NCBI RefSeq assembly: GCF_006345805.1
Contig: NC_043019.1
Location: 26,721,360 to 26,785,359, forward strand
Source: Octopus sinensis
Taxonomy: Eukaryota
DNA length: 64,000 bases
Direction: 5' to 3'
The position numbers were made by a program, and so were the translations under genes. The notes below the pieces were generated by a model. The model was not told the origin of the DNA. It searched no databases and was given only the letters and a program-made list of their open reading frames with translations. This document shows, one piece after another, positions 10,939 through 22,911 of this stretch (position 1 is its first letter; every line of letters starts with the position of its first letter).

Positions 10939-11108
10939 GACTGTGACTTTTCTGTGTGTCCCCAATTATCAGTATTGTATCTGTATGACAACCATTTAAC
11001 AGCAATCCCAGACTTATCCAGAAACAGGAACCTATCACACCTCTACCTCCAAGACAATCAGATCCGGCATATTCCAGACCTCTCCAGTCTAATACAACTA
11101 ACAAAACT
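10939..11108 (+). CDS. PPP1R42: PPP1R42-like coding exon 2
   Basis: TTTCTCAG| DCDFSVCPQLSVLYLYDNHLTAIPDLSRNRNLSHLYLQDNQIRHIPDLSSLIQLTK(L) |GTAAGT; SDS22-type LRRs; phase 0 to 2. Confidence 0.92.
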
Positions 11109-11564
11109 GTAAGTTAACCATCCTGGGGTTGCCGTTAACTGCAGCAGCAGTTTGGGCATGAGGTGGTGGTGGTGGTGGGGTGAAAGGGTGAATCTTTTCT
11201 TTGACATGTTGTTTTTGTTTTATTTTGTTTTCTTATTTTTAAAACTTGAAACTGAGTCAATTATTTTTGCCAAATATATCGAGAAGTCATTAGTGCCACA
11301 GACGAAATGCCTGGTGGCATTTCATCCATCTTTAAGTTCTCTGTTCAAATGCTACTGAGGTTGACTTTGCCTTTCATCATTTTGTGGGTCAATAAAATAA
11401 GTACCAATGAAACACTGGAGCTGATGTAATTGACTAGTCCCCTCCCCCACACAAATTCTAGGTCTTGTGCCGTTAGTAGAAAGGATCATCATCATCATCA
11501 TCATCATCATTATCATTATTATTATTATTATATTATTATTATTATTATTATTATTATTATCATT

Positions 11565-12113
11565 AAGTGAGAGAGCAGTGCATGCCATCAAAGTGACACT
11601 GAGGTAAAAATATATGAAGCCCAGTTTACCCATCATGACTACCCGTCTGATAAGGGTACACTAGGCACATGCATCACAACTATTGGTGCACAACATGGTG
11701 ATCTCATATCAAGATAAACAGCACATGACCTTGCAGGTGGGGTCCGGTTAGAATTTTCTTCTAACCCATCCTGCTCAAAAGGTCCCTGAATAAGGGTTGT
11801 TTAAGAATGTTGAATGAAACACCTATGTTTCCAGTGATGAATTATCCAAACCCCAAAGAATCCCTCTCAACACATGGCTATGATGCTCCCCCACTACTTC
11901 TGATCATGATCTGAGATGCACATATTGTCAGCCACTAAGGGACATGCTCAACTGGTTAAGGTCAAACAACTGACAAGCAAATCTTTGGTATTGAGCAGAA
12001 TATTTGCTGTAGCCCATCTTTTATACCAAGACAAAACAATGTACATGATAACACTTTCAATCAGTTAAGATGAGAAGCCACGAGAGCCACTGCCTGGTAC
12101 TGCAGCAGGGCAT
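11565..12113 (-). mobile_element. ~560 bp interspersed repeat, family D
   Basis: Reverse complement of 13577-14147; bounded by trinucleotide microsatellites. Confidence 0.75.
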
Positions 12114-12114
12114 G

Positions 12115-12125
12115 TTCTACTACTA

Positions 12126-12183
<58 letters not shown>

Positions 12184-12272
12184 GTTGCTGCTGCTGCTGC
12201 TGTTGCTGCTACTACTACTACTGCTGCTACTACTATTGCTGCTGCTACTGCTGCTGCTACTGCTACTGCTGC

Positions 12273-12308
<36 letters not shown>

Positions 12309-12319
12309 CACCACCGCCG

Positions 12320-12355
<36 letters not shown>

Positions 12356-13230
12356 TCATCATCATCATCATCATTGTCATCATCATTATGAAGGTAGTGG
12401 ATGACAGAATCAGTTGAATATTGAGAGAAACTGCCTCATTATATTTCACGCTGTCAGTTTGAATCGTGTTGAGGCCTATTTTGCCTTTCCTTTTCCTTCC
12501 CGTGTAATTATTTTAGAATACCGGTTATATACTGGAGTCAGTCGAATTGACTGTAGCTTTCCGTAAACATTATTGGCCTTGACTTTGTGCCTAGGTAGGA
12601 AAAAAACGATAACCAGAATGTTGATAATGGGGTGGATGTTGAAAACAAGTATGTTTGCCATGTTGATGACGATGACGATGATGATGCTGATGATGATGAT
12701 TATGATGATGGTAATTTCGATTATAATGATGTTGATGATGATGATGACGACGATGGTGATGATGATGATGATGTTAATGATGACGATGATGATGATAATG
12801 ATGGCAATGATGGTGATGATCATGATGATGACGATGATGATGATGACACAAAGATGAAGATGATGATGATGATGACAAAGATGGCGATGCTCATGATGAT
12901 GATGGTGATGGTGATGATGACGATGATGATGATAATGATGGCAATGATGGTGATGATCATGATGATGACGATGATGATGATGACAAAGATGAAGATGATG
13001 ATGATGATGATGATGGTGATGGTTCCAGTTAGACCGTTAACCTTTCCAGTTCCTGCTGAGACACATTAAATTGAAACTGTTATTGCCATCACCACTATCA
13101 CCGCCACCACCACTGCAACCACTCCACCACCTCCACCGCTACTACCACTGTTACCAACACTACCACTGCCACTAATTACATTACCCACCCACCTGCATCT
13201 GGCCCTAACCTACCTACCCATCATCACATT

Positions 13231-13277
<47 letters not shown>

Positions 13278-13570
13278 TACTACTACTTCTGCTGCTGCTG
13301 CTGCAGCCTCCACCACTGTTACCATGATTATCAGCACTACTTTAACCACCACCACCACCACCACCCATACCAAGACTGCCATCATCATCACCACAGCCAC
13401 TACCCCCACCTCCATCTCCACCACCACTACTGCCAACACCACTACCCCCTACTACCCCTACCAACAAAGAATATAAGAAATGCCTCTAAGCATTTTGTCT
13501 GATATACAAACAACTCCGCCAGTTCACTGTGCTTTCATAATAATAATATAATAATAATAATAATAATAAT
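12115..13570. repeat. Compound microsatellite block: (CTA)n, (GCT)n, (GAT)n, (CAC)n
   Basis: Direct reading; includes an internal duplication of the GAT-rich block. Confidence 0.9.
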
Positions 13571-13576
13571 AATGAT

Positions 13577-14147
13577 AAATGCCCTGATGCAATACCGGGC
13601 AGTGGCTCTCGTGGCTTCTGATCTTAACTGATTGGAAGCGTTATCATGTACATTGTTTTTTCTTGGTATAAAAGATGGGCTACAGCAAATATTCTGCTCA
13701 ATACCACAGATTTGCTTGTCAGTTGTTTAACCTTAACCAGTTGAGCATGTCCCTTAGTGGCTGACGATATGTGCATCTCTGATCACGAGCGGAAGTAGTG
13801 GGGGAACATCATAGCCATGTGTTGAGAGGAATTCTTTGGGGTTTGGATAATTCATCACTGGAAACATGGGTGTTTTGTTCAACATCCTTAAACAACCCTT
13901 ATTCAAGGTCCTTTTGAGTGGGATGGGCTACTCGACCTGAAGAAGATTTTAACTGGATTCTCACCTACAAGGTCATGCGCTGTTTATCTTGATATGAGAT
14001 CACCATGTCGCGCACACATGGTTGTGATGCATGTGTCTGATGTACCCTTATCAGATGGGTAGTCATGATGGGTATACTGGGCTTCATATATTTATACCCC
14101 AGTGTCACTTTGACTCCATGCACTGCTCTCTCACTAACTAATAACTA
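13577..14147 (+). mobile_element. Family D repeat
   Basis: ATGCCCTGATGCAATACC...CTGCTCTCTCACT between (AAT)n tracts. Confidence 0.75.
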
Positions 14148-14187
<40 letters not shown>

Positions 14188-14229
14188 TAATAATATTTTC
14201 TACTGTAGACACAAGGCCTAAGATTTTGG

Positions 14230-14772
14230 AGGAGAGGGCAAGTTGATTACATTGACCCCAGTACACAACTGGTACTTATTTTACTGACCCTGAAAGGATG
14301 AAAGGCAAAATTGAAATAATAATTATTATTCCAAATTTTTGCCACAGAGCAGCTTGGGGGAGGTGGGGATGAGTCGATTACATCAACCCCAGTATTCAAC
14401 TGGTACTTAATTTATCAACCCTGAAAAGATGAAAGACAAAGTCAACCCTGGCAGAATTTGAACTCAGAATGTAGCAATGGGTGAAATACCACTAAGCATT
14501 TCTTCCAATGTGCTAACGGTTCTGCCAGCTTGCTGCCCTTGTCGAAGCAATAATAATCTTTTCTACTCTAGGTACAAGGACAGAAATTTTGGGGGAGGGG
14601 TCCAGTCGATTAGATCACCCCCAGTAATGCAACTGGTACTTAATTTATCGGTGTTGAAAGGATGAAAGGCAAAGTCGACCTCGGCGGAATTTGAACTCAG
14701 AACGTAACGGCCGACGAAATACTGCTAAGCATTTCATCCGGCGTGCTAACGATTCTGCCAGCTCGCCGCCCT

Positions 14773-14818
<46 letters not shown>

Positions 14819-15135
14819 GCCCTGATGCAGTACCAGGCAGCGGCTCTCGTGGCTTTGGAAGTGTTATCATGTACATTGTTTTGTCTTGGTATAAAAGATG
14901 GGCTACAGCAAATATTCTGCTCAAAACCACAGATTTACTTGTCAGTTGTTTGACCTTAACCAGTTGTTATTTTTTTAGATCACCCCCAGTATGCAACTGG
15001 TATTTAATTTATCGACGCTGAGAGAATGAAAGGCAAAGTCGACCTTGGCGGAATTTGAACTCAGAATGTAAAGACAGACAAAATACCGCTAAGCATTTTG
15101 CCCAGCGTGCATATGTTTCTGCCAGCTCGCTGCCT
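14230..15135 (-). mobile_element. Cluster of SINE family B copies plus a partial family D copy (14817-14965)
   Basis: Reverse of GGCGAGCTGGCAGAATCGTTAGC...GAGTTCAAATTCC...GACTTTGCCTTTCATCCTTT; central domain resembles Deu/Nin-type SINE domains (recalled, unverified). Confidence 0.7.
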
Positions 15136-15338
15136 TCGAAATAATAATAATAATAATATGACATCTACCAGCCTCACCCAACTCCTTCCCATTTCCTCCA
15201 ATTTCCCCAAGCATCCTTGTATTTCTATCCACCCATTCCCACCATGACAAACCCTTCATTAACAGAACAACTCCTTGTATTTATTTTTTTTTGTATTTTA
15301 ATGTTTTATTGTTTTTCTTTTCCTTCTCTGTTACCCAG

Positions 15339-15477
15339 GTATCTCAGTAATAACTGCATTGCAGTGATTGAGGGTCTCAAAAACCTTCATCATCTCAATG
15401 AACTTTACATCGACAGACAGCAGCTGCCCCCTGGAGAGAAGCTCCTACTTGATCCAAGATCCATCAGAGCTATTGCT
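15339..15477 (+). CDS. PPP1R42: PPP1R42-like coding exon 3
   Basis: TTACCCAG| (L)YLSNNCIAVIEGLKNLHHLNELYIDRQQLPPGEKLLLDPRSIRAIA |GTGAGT; the GEKLL.DPR motif is PPP1R42-typical; phase 2 to 0. Confidence 0.93.
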
Positions 15478-15499
15478 GTGAGTGAGCCCCACCTTCTTT

Positions 15500-16040
15500 T
15501 TTATATATGTAGGGGTGATAGAGGTGCTGGGCAATGGAGGTGTCGGGCGATAGAGGTGCAGGGCGATGTAAAGTGCTGGGTGATGGAGGTGCTGGGCAAT
15601 GGAGGTGTCAAGCAATGGAGGTGTTGCGTGATGGAGGTGCTGGGCGATAGAGGTACCGGGCGATGGAGGTGTCGGGCAATAGAGGTGTCGGGCGATGGAG
15701 GTGTCGGGTGATAGAGATGTTGGGTGATGGAGGTGTCAGGTGATGGAGGTGCCAGGCAATGCAAGTTGCCAGGTGATGGAGGTGTCGGGCAATAGAGGTG
15801 TCAGGCAATGGAGGTACCGGGTGATGGAGGTGTTGGGCAATGGAGGTGTTGGGCGATGGAGGTGTTGGGTGATGGAGGTGTTGGGCGATGGAAGTGCTGG
15901 GCAATAGAAGTGCTGGGTGATGCAAGGTGCTGGGCGATGGAGGTGTCAGGCGATGGAGGTGCCAGGTGATGAAGGTGCCAGGTGGTGGAGGTTCCATGTG
16001 ATGGAGGTGCTAGGCAATGGAGGTGCCGGGCAATGGAGGT
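15500..16040. repeat. 16-bp G-rich minisatellite
   Basis: Unit GATGGAGGTG(C/T)(T/C)GGGC / AATAGAGGTGTCGGGC. Confidence 0.9.
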
Positions 16041-16439
16041 GAAGTTTTGCCTGAGATCATCCTAAATGAACAGACCAATAACTATAACCAAATACAGTCA
16101 GCTCCAACCGTGGCTATCCAGCCTTTTTAGTTTAGGTATATCTAGGGTTACATTGTCCAATATGTCCTTTCCTGATTCAATTCTTTAGCATTAAAACCAG
16201 TGATGTCCAGCCAAAATATTCTTCTTTGTTTTGGATTGAAGCTGATTAGATCCAACCTCTCACACCTACCCTACAATGTCATTCTAAAAACATACAATCA
16301 CATTCATTGAAATCTCGAAACTACAACATAAAATGATGTGAACTGTGTAAAGCAATGTGAATAAATAAGCATTAAAGGGGTCTTATGAGAGTGATTTGAC
16401 TGTTATTTTCAGCATGTTTAGCAACCTCTCTTCAGCAAC

Positions 16440-17290
16440 AGAGTTGTCGTCGTCGTCATGATCATCATTATCATCATTGTTATCGTTGTTGTCTTTGTCA
16501 TCATAGTCATGTCCATCATCATCTTTATCGTTATAATCATCGTCATCATCATCGTTCCCCCTCCTCCTCCTCCTCCTCTCCCCCTTCCCCCTCTTCCTCC
16601 TCCTCCTCCACCTTCCCCTCCCATTCTCCTTTCTCTTCTCCCTTACCCTCTTCCTCCTCATCCTCCACCTTCCTCTCCCATTCTCCTCTCTCTTCTCCCT
16701 TCCCCTCCTCCCCTATCCCATCTCTCCCCATCCTCTTCTTTATTGCAGTCGCCGTCACCACCACCACCACCACCACCGCCGCCATCGTCATCACCATTAT
16801 AATTTTGTCCTTGTTGCTACCCCTGTTGTTTTTAATGTTCATTATCACCAACCACCACCACCACCACCACCTCTACCCAACCACCACCACCACCACCACC
16901 ACCACCAAGCCCCACCACCACCGCCACCACCACTACCACCAAACCCCACCACCACCGCCGCCACCACCACCACCACCACCACCACCACCACCACCACCAC
17001 CACCACCAAAACCACCAAGCCCCACCACCACCGCCGCACCCACCACACCACCACCACCTCCACCACCTCCACCACCACCACCACCACCACCAAGCCCCAC
17101 CACCACCGCCACCACCGCCACCACCACTACCACCAAACCCCACCACCACCGCCACCACCACCACCACCACCACACCACCACCTCCACCACGACCACCAAA
17201 ACCACCAAGCCCCACCACCACCGCCGCCACCACCACCACCACCACCACCACCACCACCACTAACACCACCACCACCACCACCACCGTCGT
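16440..17290. repeat. (ATC)n, (CCT)n and (CAC)n low-complexity block
   Basis: Direct reading. Confidence 0.9.
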
Positions 17291-17315
17291 CATGTCTACC
17301 CTTCTCCACCCAAAG

Positions 17316-17550
17316 GTCTGCCTGCAAGTCCTCAACATCTCCGGCAACAGACTGACCAGTCTCAATGAGCTTCACCCTCTGCACCAGTTGACCTGCCTTT
17401 ACGCGTCAGACAACAAGGTTTCGCAGTTCAGCGACGTCGCAGGTGCACTGATGAACATGGAGAAGTTGGCGACACTCGAGCTGCACGGCAACCCAATGTG
17501 CCGCAACAAAAGGTACCGAGACAAGCTCATCATCATGGTAAAGAGCTTAG
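17316..17550 (+). CDS. PPP1R42: PPP1R42-like coding exon 4
   Basis: CCACCCAAAG| VCLQVLNISGNRLTSLNELHPLHQLTCLYASDNKVSQFSDVAGALMNMEKLATLELHGNPMCRNKRYRDKLIIMVKSL |GTAGGT; LRR plus LRRcap (GNP.C...YR); phase 0 to 1. Confidence 0.92.
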
Positions 17551-17574
17551 GTAGGTGCAATATGAATTGCTGGT

Positions 17575-17594
17575 GGGGGTGTGCATGCGCACAT

Positions 17595-17625
<31 letters not shown>

Positions 17626-18715
17626 CGTGTATGTGTGTGTGTGTGTGTGCGTGCGTGTGTGTGTGTGTGTGTGTATGTGTGTGTGCGTGTGTGTTTGTGT
17701 GTGTGTGTGTGTGTGCATGTATGTGTGTGTGTGTGTGTGCGTGCGTGTGTGTGTGTGTGTGTGTGCGTGCGTGTGTGTGTGTGTGTGTGTATGTGTGGTG
17801 TGTGTGTTTGTGTGTGTGTGTGTGCGTGTGTGTGCGTGCGTGTGTGTGTGTGTGTGTATGTGTGTGTGTATGTGTGTTTGTGTGTGTGTGCGTGCGTGTG
17901 TGTGTATGTGTGTGTGTGTGTGTGTGCGTGCGTGTGTGTGTGTGTGTGTGCGTGTGTGTGTGGTGTGTGTGTGTGCGTGCGTGTGTGTGTGTGTGTGTGT
18001 ATGTGTGTGTGTGTGTGTGTGTATGTGTGTGTGTGTGTGCGTGCGTGCGTGTGTGTGTGTTTATGTGTGTGTGAGTGTGCATGTGGATGTGTGTCTATGT
18101 GTGTTTTTCTGGGCATGTGTATCTGTATGCATGTGTGTGTATGTGTAAGTGTGTGTGTGTGTAAGTGTGTTTGTGTGTGAGTGTGTTTTTGGGTGCGCAT
18201 GTATATGTGTATGTGCGTGTGTGTCTAAGTGTGTGTATGAGGTGTATGAGCATATGTGTGTGTATAGGTGTATGTGTGTGTGTGTTTGTGTGTGTGCATG
18301 CACATGCATGTGTGTGAGTGTGTTTTTGGGTGTGCGTGTATATGTGTATGTGCATGTGTGTCTAAGTGTGTGTATGAGGTGTATGTGTGTGTGTGTGTGT
18401 AAGTGTGTGTAAGTGGTTGTGGTGTGTGTATATGTGTGCACATGTGTATGTATACATAGGTGTGTGTTAGTGCATGTGTGCAAGTGTTTCTGTGCACGTG
18501 TGTGTGTATGTGTAAGTGTGTGTGTATTAGTGTATGTGTGTGTATGTGTAAGTGTTAGTGTGTGTGCATGTGTGTGTATGCGTAAGTGTTAGTGTGCGTG
18601 TATACGTGTATGTTTCTGCGCATGGGTATATGTGTTAGTGGGTATGTGAATGTGTATGTGTTAGTGTGTGTGCACGTGCATTTGTTTGTGTGCGTGTTGG
18701 TGTGTGTGTACGTAT
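17575..18715. repeat. Degenerate (GT)n array, ~1.1 kb
   Basis: Direct reading. Confidence 0.95.
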
Positions 18716-19423
18716 GGTGGTGGTGGGGGTGTTAATATCATGGTGGAACTCAAATCTCATCCTTTAACATCCACTTCTCTAGGTCTTCATGGGTTGGACA
18801 GGTCTTCCTCCACACGGCATTTTCACACATGTTGCAATCTCTTGTTATTTTTTTAATCAAGAGAGAAGACAGGCCAAGATCCCTTCACATAGCCTCTGGA
18901 ACTGGAGCGGTTGGTGGGGGAATAGGAAGAAGAGAGGAAGGTCTCCTCAAGTTAGACACATGACCTGGATATTTACAAGAGAGGTCGGGTCCATTCGAAA
19001 TATTCTACCTGTTTTATGTTGAAATTGGCCAGATCTGGCCTGTCACACCTATCCTACAATGTTAATCTGAAAATAAATTACTCTGTCATAAAATTAGAAA
19101 ATTACCATTTTCAAATCTCACAATTTGAGATATTCAGCAACTGTACTTTGTAGTAAAGATTGTTTGCCAGCATAACATGGTAGTCCTGGTTTAGGACAAA
19201 TGTTGCTGTAATTTAGCTGTCCTTGTTTGAAAATGTAAGGACACAAATTGTGTCATATAGCCAGCTGGAGACGATGTCTCCTGGGGCTAAATTACAGCAA
19301 CATTAGTCCTAAACCAGGACTGCCATGTTATGTTGGCAAACAATCTTTTCTGTCATAAAAATCTTGAAGCTATGGGTAATGCATGATTAATTCAAAACAA
19401 TGTGAATAAATTTTGTTTTTGGA

Positions 19424-20377
19424 TTTGGTTTGCAAGATTCTTTATGTGAGTTTGTGTGTTGAAGCATTTTTTGTTGTGTCTGGGGAGAGTCATTCTTTTT
19501 TTAGTGCCTTATTATTTAACACACTCACTGGTAAAGTTTCCACTCATTTACTTATTTATTTTTCCTAAAATTTTCGTTGCATCTTGCAACCTTTTCAGTA
19601 GTCGAAAAGGTTCTTTATTCTTTTATTCTTTTATTCTTTTACTTGTTTCAGTCATTTGACTGCAGCCATGCTGGAGCACCGCCTTCAGTCGAGCAAATCG
19701 CCCCCAAGACTTATTCTTTGTAAGCCCAGTACTTATTCTATCAGTCTCTTTTGCCGAACCGCTAGGTGATGGGGACGTAAACACACCAGCATCGGTTGTC
19801 AAGCAATGCTAGGGGGACAAACACAGACATACAAACACACACACACACATATATATATATATACATATACACGACAGGCTTCTTTCAGTTTCCATCTACC
19901 AAATCCACTCACAAGGCATTGGTCGGCCCGGGGCTATAGCAGAAGACACTTGGCCAAGATGCAAGACACAATGAAAATTTTAGGAACAATAAATAAGTAA
20001 ATGAGTGGAAACTTTACCAGTGAGTGTCATCATCATCATCATCATCGTTTAGCGTCCGTTTTCCATGCTAGCATGGGTTGGATGGTTCTACTGGGGTCTG
20101 TGAAGCCAGAAGGCTTCATCAGGCCCAGTCAAATCTGGCAGTGTTTCTACGGCTGGATGCCCTTCCTAACGCCAACCACTCCGTGAGTGTAGTGGGTGCT
20201 TTTTACGTGCCACCCGCACTGGTGCCAGACAGAGCTGGCAAACGGCCACGAACGGATGGTGCTTTTTATGTGCCACCGGCACGAGGGCCAGGCGAGGCTG
20301 GCAACGGACACGAAACGGGGCTTGCAACGGTCATTAAATAATAAAGTACTAAAAGAGAATGACTCTCCCCAGACACA
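19424..20377. mobile_element. Second copy of the 430-746 fold-back element, split by SINE A (~19613-19955) and family C (~20029-20330)
   Basis: Left arm 19477-19601; right arm resumes near 19957 and again near 20335. Confidence 0.7.
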
Positions 20378-20481
20378 ATAAAATGTGAATAAATATGCAT
20401 TACATCTAACAGAATTATCTGAATGCCAAATGGTTAATCATGCAAAACACCAAAGTTCCATTCTCTGTTCTCTTCCACCAG

Positions 20482-20601
20482 AAAACCTTGATGGCAAAGA
20501 TATTAGTGTCACCTCCAAGACATTCATACATAACTGGTCTGCTAGCAGGACTGCCTTAAGACCAAGAAGAGAGCCTACACGAGTTCTAAACCCATACAAA
20601 G
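20482..20601 (+). CDS. PPP1R42: PPP1R42-like coding exon 5
   Basis: TTCCACCAG| (E)NLDGKDISVTSKTFIHNWSASRTALRPRREPTRVLNPYK |GTATTT; matches LDGKEI...F..NW.AS; phase 1 to 1. Confidence 0.88.
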
Positions 20602-20829
20602 GTATTTTCATTACATCACTTCTTTTTAGTTTTTGTTAACACACTTATGATCAAAATGTATTCCAGTTGTGACCATCCAACATTTTGTACATCACTGAAC
20701 ATAGTTTCCCCCGTATCTTACTATTGGTTCCAAATACTTTAAAATTTTGGCACAAGGCCAGCAGTTCCTGGGAGGGGCCGAGTCAATTACATCAATCCCA
20801 GTGCTAAACTGCTATGATGAAGGTTGGAT

Positions 20830-21090
20830 AGGTTGCTCGCTCCAATTGATTCTGTGAGTGTGGACAACAACCTGTTGTCATAGCTTTCACAGGGTCACTT
20901 TCTGTAAATCATAAGACTTACTACTCGGATGTTAAGTACCATGGAAGATACCCAATGCCTAAGCATCAATCTTAAAATCCAAGCTATCTTCCAATAGAGC
21001 GGTTTTTTGGACATGCTCTGCCCTAATATCAATTCCAATTTCTCTGACATATTTCTCAAATTTAGTTGTTAGTGTTCTACACTACTGGGA
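20830..21090 (-). mobile_element. 3' fragment of an R4/Dong-like (RLE) non-LTR retrotransposon
   Basis: Minus strand TTKFEKYVREIGIDIRAEHVQKTALL followed by a frameshifted ILRLML-like segment, matching the QK.ALLGTARILR C-terminus. Confidence 0.55.
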
Positions 21091-21367
21091 TCATCATCAT
21101 CATCATTATTATTATTAGGCAGCAAGCTGGTAGAATTATTAGCACGCTGGATGAAATGCTTAGCAGTGTTTTGCTTGTCGCTCCATTCTGAGTTCAAATT
21201 CAGCCGGGATTGACTTTGCCTTTCATCCTTTCATGGGAGTTGATAAAATAAGTACCAGTTAAACACTGGGATCAATGTAATCAACTCATCCCCTCCCCCA
21301 AAATTGCTGCCGTTGAGACAAAATTTGAAACCATTATTATTATATTATTATTATTATTATTATTATT

Positions 21368-21925
21368 ATTGAGTGAGAAAGCAGTGCATGCCATCAAAGT
21401 GACACTGGGGTAAAATATATGAAGCCCAGTATACCCATCATGACCACCCATCTGATAAAGGTACGCCAGGCACATGCGTCACAACCATATGTGCATGACA
21501 TGGTGATCTCATATCAAGATAAACAGTGCATGACCTTGCAGATGGGGCCCAGTTAGAATTTTCTTCAGGTCTCGTAGCCCATCTCATTCAAAAGGTCCCT
21601 GAATAAGGGTTGTTTAAGGATGTTGAACAAAACACCCATGTTTCCAGTGATGAATTAGCCAAACCCCAAAGAATTCCTCTCAACACATGGCTATGATTCT
21701 CACCCACTACTTCTGCTTGTGATCAGAGATCCACATATCGTCAGCTACTAAGGGACATGCTCAACTGGTTAAGGTCAAACAACTGACAAGCAAATCTTTG
21801 GTATTGAGCAGAATATTTGCTGTAGCCCATCTTTTATACCAAGACAAAACAATGTACATGATAACACTTTCCATCAGTTAAGATCAGAAGCCACGAGAGC
21901 CACTGCCTGGTACTGCATCAGGGCA
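21368..21925 (-). mobile_element. Family D repeat
   Basis: Same orientation as 11565-12113; flanked by (ATT)n and (ATC)n. Confidence 0.75.
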
Positions 21926-21988
21926 ATCATCATCATCATCATCATCACCACCATCACCATCACCACCACCACCATCATCATCATCATT

Positions 21989-22080
<92 letters not shown>

Positions 22081-22114
22081 ATGTCTATATTCACATTCTT
22101 CTTCTCCTTTACAG

Positions 22115-22186
22115 GTGACCCAGTGGATGATACCAATTTCACCACTTTCCCACGAGATTCCAAAGTCTCTGGCTACATGATGCCTG
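22115..22186 (+). CDS. PPP1R42: PPP1R42-like coding exon 6
   Basis: CTTCTCCTTTACAG| (G)DPVDDTNFTTFPRDSKVSGYMMP |GTAACT; strong splice sites; phase 1 to 1 fits both neighbours. Confidence 0.72.
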
Positions 22187-22248
22187 GTAACTTTGACACT
22201 GTTAATTATTAATGGACATATTGACATAACTATTATTATTGTTATTAA

Positions 22249-22293
<45 letters not shown>

Positions 22294-22574
22294 TGATCAC
22301 CATAGTTGACCACACTGTCTGACCTCTACACATATTCTGTCGGACATATGCACTAACATTTACATAGGAGATCTTGCCTAGGTCTGTCAGGTGGGGGTGG
22401 CTTTCTGAGTGACCTTTCTGGAAAACTGTTCTACACTACTTTTCTACATTGTAGATGTGTGTATGTATGCATGTGTGTGTGTATGTGTATATATTTATGT
22501 ATGTATATATATATACATATATTTATCTATCTATCTATATCTATATATATATATATCTATATATATATGTTTAC

Positions 22575-22800
22575 AAGGCCTAGACAAGCATCTCCAACTA
22601 GCAGGCCATGCTACTCCAGACTGATGACGAGTAAGACTCAGAAACTAGTCTCTGGATGCAGGATTAGCTGGGTGGGGGTGCTTGTCTCCCCCTTGTAAAC
22701 ATAAGGAAGCAGGAAATGTGTCAAAGCTGACAGGAAGCATTGATGCTTCCTAGGGCTAAATAGCAGTGGTGTGATTTTCTTTATGGGACTGTCACATTAT
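22575..22800 (+). mobile_element. HHR-bearing repeat, family H3
   Basis: Homologous to 3404-3665. Confidence 0.6.
22615..22656 (+). ncRNA. Minimal type-I hammerhead ribozyme motif
   Basis: TCCAGA-CTGATGA-C-GAGT-AAG-ACTC-A-GAAA-C-TA-GTC-TCTGGA; predicted cleavage after C22650. Confidence 0.65.
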
Positions 22801-22869
22801 GTTGACAGTGTACAACTACTCTATCGTACCACTACTGCTTATATCTCTCTGAGATATTTAGAAATGTAA

Positions 22870-22911
<42 letters not shown>

